In this document: positions 48,448-54,733 of the stretch, one piece after another | Layout: every line of letters begins with the position of its first letter | Numbering within the stretch: position 1 is the first letter of the stretch | Program-made: the position numbers and the translations under genes | The notes under the pieces: model-generated | Told to the model about the DNA's origin: nothing | The model's database searches: none | What the model saw: only the letters and a program-made list of their open reading frames with translations | IMG/VR virus record: IMGVR_UViG_3300032170_000010 | Location: 1 to 54,733 of that record | DNA length: 54,733 nt | Source: a virus | Taxonomy: Duplodnaviria; Caudoviricetes | Strand: one strand, 5' to 3'

Positions 48448-48717
48448 ATGTCAACCATAAAGAGTGGACAAAAAACAGTAACAGCAGCGGCAAGTATAGT
48501 TTATACCACTGATACGCAGCAAATGCTCTGGGTAAACGTAAGGTCTTTAGCGAGCAACGCTGAGATGGCTCTCGGTACCAGTGGAGTTACTTTAGCCAAT
48601 GGTTATTTACTCTTACCAGGAGAGGCTCATAGACTTGGTGCGTGTGATATGGCTCAACTCTATGTTATAGGAACAGCAGGGGACAACCTCTCTTGGGTGG
48701 GTTGTTATACTGAATAA
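48448..48717 (+). CDS. Small structural beta protein
   Basis: GTSGVTLANGYLLLPGE motif. Confidence 0.55.
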   Translation: MSTIKSGQKTVTAAASIVYTTDTQQMLWVNVRSLASNAEMALGTSGVTLANGYLLLPGEAHRLGACDMAQLYVIGTAGDNLSWVGCYTE

Positions 48718-48729
48718 CAGGAGTTAATT

Positions 48730-49467
48730 ATGGGAATGCAATTAGATGAAATGAGGAAGCGACTCAGGTTTATTATAACTGAACCTGCTGCTGATAGATT
48801 TCCTGATAGTGATGATGCCACAAAAGGCTTAGGCTTGGATTCACTTCTCAACGATGGGCTAAAAGCCTACTTTGCTGATACTCGCTGGGCTACTTCGGTT
48901 TGGTATATCAGCGTCACGGGAAGTGATACTTATAGCAATGACAATCGCATATATTCTCTTCCCTCCGATTGTCTTGAGGTAGATAAGGATGATGTTTCCT
49001 TTGATAAGGTAAAGATATTTGAGACTACGAAAAAGGAACTCTGGGCTGAGGATAAGTTTAGCGGAGTAGATGGGGAGTCTGAGGATTCTGACAAGTGGCC
49101 TGAAGGAGTGGGGACACCCAAACATTTCTACTTTGAAAAGGAAGATGTGATAGGGCTTCATCCTACTCCTAACGCAGTAGCCAATGGCAAGACGTTAAAA
49201 TTCAGTGGAGTAGAAGCACCCGATACTTTATCTGCTGATGAATCTGTAGCACCGCTTCCTTATGATTTATGCAAAGGAGCTATTCACTGGGCTGCTAGGG
49301 AAGTTTTTATTAATGATGGGGAAGATGTTAAAGCAACTAACCAGGAAAGTCTTTATAATAAATATGTAGCTAGGGGAAGGGAAAGAAAGAGAACCAGACA
49401 AAGAGAAAAACCCATAGCAATAGCACAGAGTGGTCATTATTATGTTGACTCAGGAGATATTCATTAA
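48730..49467 (+). CDS. Head-tail adaptor / tubular protein A-like
   Basis: LLNDG, YSLPSDCL, GTPKHFY, IGLHPTP, AIHWAA. Confidence 0.75.
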   Translation: MGMQLDEMRKRLRFIITEPAADRFPDSDDATKGLGLDSLLNDGLKAYFADTRWATSVWYISVTGSDTYSNDNRIYSLPSDCLEVDKDDVSFDKVKIFETTKKELWAEDKFSGVDGESEDSDKWPEGVGTPKHFYFEKEDVIGLHPTPNAVANGKTLKFSGVEAPDTLSADESVAPLPYDLCKGAIHWAAREVFINDGEDVKATNQESLYNKYVARGRERKRTRQREKPIAIAQSGHYYVDSGDIH

Positions 49468-49640
49468 TGGCTTTCATAGAAGAATCTGATCCTACAACTA
49501 ATTTTACAGAACAATTAACTTTTCCTTTCTTTCTTTGTAATAATACTTCTATTATGTGTAATAACACGAGGTTTCTTTGCAATGGTCGTCTAGCATATAC
49601 AGAAGAATCTAATCCATCAACTTCGTGGAGTGAGGAATAA
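49467..49640 (+). CDS. 57-aa peptide with CNN repeats
   Basis: MAFIEESDPTTNFTEQLTFPFFLCNNTSIMCNNTRFLCNGRLAYTEESNPSTSWSEE; TAATG coupling at both ends. Confidence 0.65.
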   Translation: MAFIEESDPTTNFTEQLTFPFFLCNNTSIMCNNTRFLCNGRLAYTEESNPSTSWSEE

Positions 49641-50641
49641 TGGCTATAGAACAAGTTAATAGAGCAAATAAAAATATAAATCAAGGTTGGGGTATTTATA
49701 ATGCTTTAGTAACAGCCTTACTTGCTCAACACGATAGCACTGGTGCTCATAAAGCTGCGGCAGATGTAATCCTGAAAGCCCTCTTTGATGCTAATACTAT
49801 TTTGGCAGCGAATAGCGATAATGCTCCGGCAGCTTTGACTATTGCTGAACAAAGACTAATTGGTCGCATAACTGGGGGAAACATTGCTGCTTTAACCGCT
49901 ACACAGATAAGAGCATTGCTTAATGTAGAAAACGGAGCAGCGGCAGACCAAAATGCCTCTGAGGTTTCCATTGCTGACGCTGGAGGAATTATTACTGCTA
50001 CTCAAGTTGAGGCAGCATTACAGGAGATACAGACTGACCTTAACGCTGCTGAGGCAGAAATCGTTAGTGCCAGAGGTTCAAAGAGTTCTGTTGATGCAAG
50101 GTTAGACATTTCTCTCAATGACGATGGAACGCTTAAAGGAAGATATGTCGAATTTAACTTCCCCGCTGGTTGTTGGAATTATCCTACTTCTAATCCTGCA
50201 CCACTTGACAGAGATGTGGGCACTAATGGGGGAATGTTCAGACACCTTTTTGATGATACAACTGAGGAATTTATTCTCTTGGAGCCTGTATTTGAGATAC
50301 CTGATAACTTAGATACTGCTGGCACAGTCTATTTTAGCTTGACTGGCTACGCTAAAGTTGCAGATGGAAATGAAGTTCAGTTTAGAGCATCCCTTTCTGC
50401 ACGGGCTAAGGGCGAAAGTTGGGACAATGCTTATACGACAAAGGATAGTGGAGACTATGTAACAGATGCACAACAAGATGAGCTAGACCAGATTGAGTGG
50501 AGTGAGACTGTAGCTAGCTTAGGCTTGGCTGCCAAGGATTTGCTTCGACTTATGGTCTCTCGCATAGCAATAGCTGACGGAACTCCTGTAAGTGGGGATT
50601 ATTGTTTCCTGAATCTTAAAATAAGAATACCCGTGACATAG
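49640..50641 (+). CDS. Tail fibre/spike-like protein
   Basis: TQVEAALQEI and EIVSARG motifs; C-terminal beta-sandwich FDDTTEE. Confidence 0.65.
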   Translation: MAIEQVNRANKNINQGWGIYNALVTALLAQHDSTGAHKAAADVILKALFDANTILAANSDNAPAALTIAEQRLIGRITGGNIAALTATQIRALLNVENGAAADQNASEVSIADAGGIITATQVEAALQEIQTDLNAAEAEIVSARGSKSSVDARLDISLNDDGTLKGRYVEFNFPAGCWNYPTSNPAPLDRDVGTNGGMFRHLFDDTTEEFILLEPVFEIPDNLDTAGTVYFSLTGYAKVADGNEVQFRASLSARAKGESWDNAYTTKDSGDYVTDAQQDELDQIEWSETVASLGLAAKDLLRLMVSRIAIADGTPVSGDYCFLNLKIRIPVT

Positions 50642-50649
50642 GTGATTAG

Positions 50650-51372
50650 ATGGCATTGGACTTTGACCGTGCTTTAACTCAAACTTTTACGGTTCCGTCT
50701 GGAGGCACCCTCAATGTGAGGGGTAATTTCACCCTTACAGCTTGGGGCTATTTCCATACGATGTCTAATGTTGACCAGTGGGTGACAGCTAACGAATTCT
50801 ATCGGCGGTGGCTAGTGGCAGGGGATAACCGTCAATACATTATGGGTTTGCTTAACCCCGATGCTAACGGTCAACCAGCCGACTGTGTAGCAGTTACATT
50901 CGCTGGTGCTGATGGGATTTATGATGATAGTTGGTACTGGAATTCAGCCTTGTCGATAAACACTCTGTATCATTTCGCCTGGGTTCACAGTGGCACTAAT
51001 TTTCTGATATATGTTAATGCAGACCCGAAGACTCTTGCTAAACGAAACAGTATTAACCCACCCGCTACCTTTAAGGATTCAGCACAGGACACAATCTTTG
51101 CTACCGATATGGACGGCGAGACATTCGATGAGAGGATGTATGATCGTGTTCTCTCTGCTGCCGAAATCCAGACTATCTACCATGCTCGTGGTGCCGATAA
51201 CATCGTAGATAATCTTGTTGCTCGCTGGCTGATGAACGAGAAGCCAGACGGGGGTACTGCAACGGTAGCAAGTTCTGTGATTGACATAAGTGGGAACGGG
51301 AATCACGGGACGCCTGCCAACTCCCCAGTTTATCGGGCGGCACCCGTAAGGTTAGTAAAGCTAATAAAATAA
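50650..51372 (+). CDS. LamG/concanavalin-like domain protein
   Basis: FTLTAW, YHFAWV, YDRVLSAAEI, LVARWLMNE, DISGNGNHGT. Confidence 0.85.
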   Translation: MALDFDRALTQTFTVPSGGTLNVRGNFTLTAWGYFHTMSNVDQWVTANEFYRRWLVAGDNRQYIMGLLNPDANGQPADCVAVTFAGADGIYDDSWYWNSALSINTLYHFAWVHSGTNFLIYVNADPKTLAKRNSINPPATFKDSAQDTIFATDMDGETFDERMYDRVLSAAEIQTIYHARGADNIVDNLVARWLMNEKPDGGTATVASSVIDISGNGNHGTPANSPVYRAAPVRLVKLIK

Positions 51373-51384
51373 GGAAAAATAAAT

Positions 51385-52497
51385 ATGGCTGAAAGATTTT
51401 ATTCGCCTCCAATTCAGGGAACTTGGGAACAGGCTAGAAGTCCGCTAAACGACAGGCTTCGGGCTATTGAGAGGATGTTAAACGATATATCTACTGGAGC
51501 GGGAATACCAGGAAGTCGCATAGCGGTTGAGGCTGTTACCGCAGAGAAAATTGCGGCTGGTGCCGTAACAGCAGCCAAGATGACTATTACTGACCTCATA
51601 GATATTGCTAATAAATTAACCCTTGCTTCAGGCAGAGTCATTATTGACAAAGATGCCTTTGGCACTGACCTTGAAGGTATAATTATCAATGATGAAACCT
51701 ACGATCGGGTAGAGATTGGGGAGCTTACATCGGGTGACTATGGGATGAAGGTTAGGGATTCAAGTGGAAACGTAACTGTGGATATGGGAAAGTTAGCAGC
51801 AGAATCAGATAAGAAAAATCTTGTAGTAAAAGTAAATGCTACAAATCCGACATACCAAATTGATGTAGATGCAGACCATCTGAAACTCGATGATTCTACC
51901 CAGCTTCTTGCGAATATAAATCTTACAATAGACATCACGGCCTCTGGAGCAAACGGTCTTGATACAGGAAGCGAGGCAGCCAATACGTGGTATAGCATCT
52001 GGGTTATACATAATCCTACAACTGACACAGTAGCAGGGCTTCTTTCCACCTCAACTCTCACTCCCACTATGCCTTCAGGCTACACTAGAAAGAGAAGAGT
52101 TGGCTGGGTGAGAAATGATGGTTCTAGTAACTTTCTCAAGTTTCATAAAATGGGTGACTGGTGGTATTTTGCAACTCGTCAAGAGATTATTGACACCTAC
52201 TCTCCCGCTTCTTCTTTTACTGACTTGGATTGCAGCAGTGCCGCTCCGCCTACAGCGGGAATACTTTCGCACTATATCTTTTTGGGCGACGACGCAGAGA
52301 CTTATGCCCGTGTCTGGCTTCGCAGAAATGGTGACAGTGGCGACTGGATAATAGTGGGTGAGACCGAGGCTACAGCTCGCATGGTGCATTGCACTGCCTT
52401 TTGTCTTTGTGACACCAACCAGATAATTGAATATCACTGTGACGCTGACTGCGATAGGATAGTGCTTTGGGTTACAGGTTATTATGACCCAATTTAG
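51385..52497 (+). CDS. Tail fibre protein
   Basis: AVTAEKIAAGAVTAAK, GANGLDTGSEAANTWY, PTMPSGYT..RRVG. Confidence 0.75.
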   Translation: MAERFYSPPIQGTWEQARSPLNDRLRAIERMLNDISTGAGIPGSRIAVEAVTAEKIAAGAVTAAKMTITDLIDIANKLTLASGRVIIDKDAFGTDLEGIIINDETYDRVEIGELTSGDYGMKVRDSSGNVTVDMGKLAAESDKKNLVVKVNATNPTYQIDVDADHLKLDDSTQLLANINLTIDITASGANGLDTGSEAANTWYSIWVIHNPTTDTVAGLLSTSTLTPTMPSGYTRKRRVGWVRNDGSSNFLKFHKMGDWWYFATRQEIIDTYSPASSFTDLDCSSAAPPTAGILSHYIFLGDDAETYARVWLRRNGDSGDWIIVGETEATARMVHCTAFCLCDTNQIIEYHCDADCDRIVLWVTGYYDPI

Positions 52498-52506
52498 GGG
52501 GAGAAG

Positions 52507-52905
52507 ATGAGAAGATTAGCTATAAGGAAGTCCGATAAGGTGATAGTAAGTTTTGGCTACGAGGATATGGCTCGCTTTGGTCCAGACGAATTTGATATTA
52601 TAGATACGGTTCTTGAAGTATTGCCCGATGATATGAGGTTCTGCTTCTACAAGCAGGGCAAGGTGGTAGTGGATCAAGCCCTGAAAGATGAAACCCTCCA
52701 AAAAGAGACCAAGGCAAGGCAGGAAAGAGAGGAGGCAAGGGGACATCTCACTTTAGAGGATTTAGCTGGACTCACCAACGCCCAGATTAACAACTGGGTG
52801 GATAGCAATGTCACAGATTTGGTAGGCGGTAGGCTGGCTATCAAGAAGCTGGCAAAGTGGTGCCGAGCTTTAACTAGAATAGCAATGCTCAGGCAGGATA
52901 ATTAA
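52507..52905 (+). CDS. Tail-fibre-associated protein
   Basis: Directly follows the fibre gene; size typical of fibre chaperones. Confidence 0.45.
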   Translation: MRRLAIRKSDKVIVSFGYEDMARFGPDEFDIIDTVLEVLPDDMRFCFYKQGKVVVDQALKDETLQKETKARQEREEARGHLTLEDLAGLTNAQINNWVDSNVTDLVGGRLAIKKLAKWCRALTRIAMLRQDN

Positions 52906-53025
52906 ATGATTTGGATAGCTTTAGTATTTTGCATAATTGGTGCTGTAATTTGCTTTAGACTTTTATTTGTTGATATAAACAAAGCCTGGGACTTAGCTGA
53001 ATTATTAAATAGGAAGAAGTTTTAG
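52906..53025 (+). CDS. Small single-TM peptide, homolog of 10191-10337
   Basis: MIWIALVFCIIGAVICFRLLFVDINKAWDLAELLNRKKF. Confidence 0.65.
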   Translation: MIWIALVFCIIGAVICFRLLFVDINKAWDLAELLNRKKF

Positions 53026-53037
53026 CTCTTTGAAAAT
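53024..53037 (+). promoter_or_regulatory. boxA-like antitermination site
   Basis: AGCTCTTTGAAAAT abutting the OMP stop codon, as at 10349-10362. Confidence 0.5.
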
Positions 53038-53706
53038 CTAGAGTTCATACTCTACTTTGGGAGAATTAAATTTATATCCGATACCTATGCTGAAGAAGAT
53101 ACCAGACCAGTCGGTAGAACAGGACTCAATGCACCTATAGGTTGGATACTTGGCTTTTGCCGAAAGATACTTGGCCTCACCAGAAAAAAACAATCCATCT
53201 TTGAGCCTATATTCTGCTCCTGCAAGCAACTGAAAACCAGTAGGAGAGTCTTTTTCCTGCATTCCCTTGTAGATGTTGGATGTTATTTTGAGTTCAGAGG
53301 AGAAGCTCCCTACGCCTACCCCAAGATAGGGATGAAGCTGGCCTTCTGTGGGAACCCGATAAACAAGACTTAGAAGAATAGGTGAGGTAGAGGTCTCAAA
53401 TGAGTATACCTTTCTATGCTGACGATAGTCTGCTATTCCCTTGAAACTGAAGGTATCGAGCACTAGACTCCAATTCCCAAAGTCATATCCCACTGCAAAA
53501 GCTCCTCCAGTGCCAGATTTTAATACCTTTGGGGTTTCATAGTAGGACTTAGCCTTATCCAGACCCTCTCCGAGATCCCCATAGTCTGGCGAGTAGTGAA
53601 ATCCCGTCCCTTTTAGCCAGAAGGATGCCAGAACTGGTGAGGCTAAAAGAGATATTGCTACCGCGATTACCAGGATTGAGAGCATTACTTTGAATTTTTT
53701 ACTCAC
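53038..53706 (-). CDS. OmpW/OmpA-like outer-membrane beta-barrel protein (moron), copy 2
   Basis: Core identical to copy 1; different signal peptide and C-terminal extension. Confidence 0.8.
   Translation of the reverse strand: MSKKFKVMLSILVIAVAISLLASPVLASFWLKGTGFHYSPDYGDLGEGLDKAKSYYETPKVLKSGTGGAFAVGYDFGNWSLVLDTFSFKGIADYRQHRKVYSFETSTSPILLSLVYRVPTEGQLHPYLGVGVGSFSSELKITSNIYKGMQEKDSPTGFQLLAGAEYRLKDGLFFSGEAKYLSAKAKYPTYRCIESCSTDWSGIFFSIGIGYKFNSPKVEYEL
53101..53546. repeat. 446-bp perfect direct repeat, right copy
   Basis: Identical to 10405-10850. Confidence 0.95.
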
Positions 53707-53725
53707 TTTTTACCTCCTTGGTGGG

Positions 53726-53754
53726 GATATAGCATAATTTTTTGATTTTGTCAA
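53726..53754 (-). promoter_or_regulatory. Sigma70-type promoter of OMP copy 2
   Basis: TTGACA-17-TATATC with TATGCTATA context. Confidence 0.7.
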
Positions 53755-53795
53755 GCATAGCAAAAATAGTCAGATAAAAAATATGGAGAGGAAAA

Positions 53796-54536
53796 ATGAA
53801 AAAATACATTTTAGGCTATCGTCCTGAACCGCCAGATACTAGAGATTTGCTTATCCCTCTTCCCCAGTATGATCTGCCTAAGGAAGTGGACTGGACAGCG
53901 CAGCTTACTCAAATTAGAGACCAGGGAAATGAAGGAAGTTGCGTAGGTTTTGCCGTAACTGCATTAAAAGAGTTTCAGGAATGGAAGCAGTACGGCAGGC
54001 TGTTTGATCTTAGTGAGCGGTGGATCTACGAGTGGGCGAAGAGGCTGGATGAGTTTCCTGGGGAAGATTATGAAGGCACGAGCATCCGTGGAGCAATGAA
54101 AGCCCTCGCCAAACACGGAATTTGCGAGGAAAGATTCTGGCCGTATGTGCCAGGTAAAAAGGGTCAGCCAGATGAAAAGGCTGCCCTAGATGCGTATGAG
54201 TATAGAATCGAGAAATACCGCAGTCTAGTCATCCCAAAAAAGGATATCCGATTGATTAAACGAGGACTGCACGAGACAGGGCCAGTGGCAAGTGGCGTCG
54301 CAGTTCACGAGAGCTGGTTCGAAGTCGGCAAGGATGGAGTGATTCACGATCCTGGTCCCGGAGCGAGGATCCTCGGCTATCATGCGATTCTCACTGTGGC
54401 GTATTTTGACGACCAGAAATTCGTGAAAATCAAAAATAGCTGGGGCCCAGGCTGGGGAGCTCAAGGTTTTGCTTATCTTAGTTATGACTATTTTGTAAAA
54501 ATACTTCATAGCGCCTGGGCGTGCTATGACATGTAA
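53796..54536 (+). CDS. Papain-like cysteine peptidase (C1A)
   Basis: DQGNEGSCVGFA, LSERWIY, GYHAIL, KNSWG..WG..GF. Confidence 0.92.
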   Translation: MKKYILGYRPEPPDTRDLLIPLPQYDLPKEVDWTAQLTQIRDQGNEGSCVGFAVTALKEFQEWKQYGRLFDLSERWIYEWAKRLDEFPGEDYEGTSIRGAMKALAKHGICEERFWPYVPGKKGQPDEKAALDAYEYRIEKYRSLVIPKKDIRLIKRGLHETGPVASGVAVHESWFEVGKDGVIHDPGPGARILGYHAILTVAYFDDQKFVKIKNSWGPGWGAQGFAYLSYDYFVKILHSAWACYDM

Positions 54537-54554
54537 TCAAGGAGGTGAAAAAAG

Positions 54555-54733
54555 ATGGGACAGGTATTGACGTATCTCATTCCATTGGTAGTAGTTATAG
54601 TGGTAGGATTACTTGCAGGCAAGCGCATACAGTTTAGCGATTTCTGCAAGGAACTGGGAGAGGCTCTTTTGGAGACCAGCATCTACATCAAAATTGACAA
54701 TCCCACTCCAGAGGACACCGACCGCTTCAAGAA
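54555..54733 (+). CDS. Holin-like single-TM protein, 3' truncated
   Basis: MGQVLTYLIPLVVVIVVGLLAGKRIQFSDFCKELGEALL...DNPTPED; pattern shared with 21454-21675. Confidence 0.55.
   Translation, partial: MGQVLTYLIPLVVVIVVGLLAGKRIQFSDFCKELGEALLETSIYIKIDNPTPEDTDRFK

Larger units (their letters stand above)
10405..53100. mobile_element. Phage B: apparently complete 42.7-kb podovirus-type genome, circularly permuted at the OMP repeat
   Basis: Structural operon 37738-53025 continues logically into nozzle and ejection genes at 11071-18440; packaging, lysis-slot and early modules are present once each. Confidence 0.8.

Noticed and set aside
1-54733. CRISPR array or diversity-generating retroelement
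   Set aside because: No regularly spaced repeat-spacer units, no reverse transcriptase ORF, and the long repeat has no adenine-specific mismatches
1-54733. Integrase or CI-type repressor
   Set aside because: No tyrosine or serine recombinase motifs and no clear HTH-S24 repressor recognised; small unannotated ORFs could still hide a regulator

Overview
The window is entirely phage-like and appears to hold two different tailed-phage genomes nested one inside the other. Phage A (1-~10400, resuming at ~53550-54733) is a siphovirus-type tail module: adaptor, HK97-gp10-like, terminator, tail tube, a very short acidic tape measure and a 1.2-kaa tail tip protein, followed by a papain-like C1A peptidase and a holin-like gene. 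Phage B (10405-53100, 42,696 bp) looks like a complete, circularly permuted podovirus-type genome. It carries terminase, portal, scaffold, major capsid, a methyltransferase plus two glycosyltransferases, adaptor, fibres, nozzle, ejection proteins, an S8 protease and a holin-like gene, and a leftward early region (Bet, helicase-like ATPase, RusA, two HNH, DNA methylase, YopX, tRNA-Ala). Phage B is bounded by a perfect 446-bp direct repeat inside a shared OmpW-like moron gene, so this is either a real recombination cointegrate or an assembly join. No integrase, repressor or peptidoglycan hydrolase was recognised. The most unusual signals: three tRNA-like cloverleaf RNAs with conserved loops and covarying stems placed in promoter leaders (one sits before a terminator guarding the late operon, downstream of a DUF2292-like peptide); boxA-like sites placed exactly where late transcription enters the antisense moron; dif-like Xer sites; and proteases occupying the endolysin slot in both phages. 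All protein calls come from motif recognition and synteny only; no database search was run.
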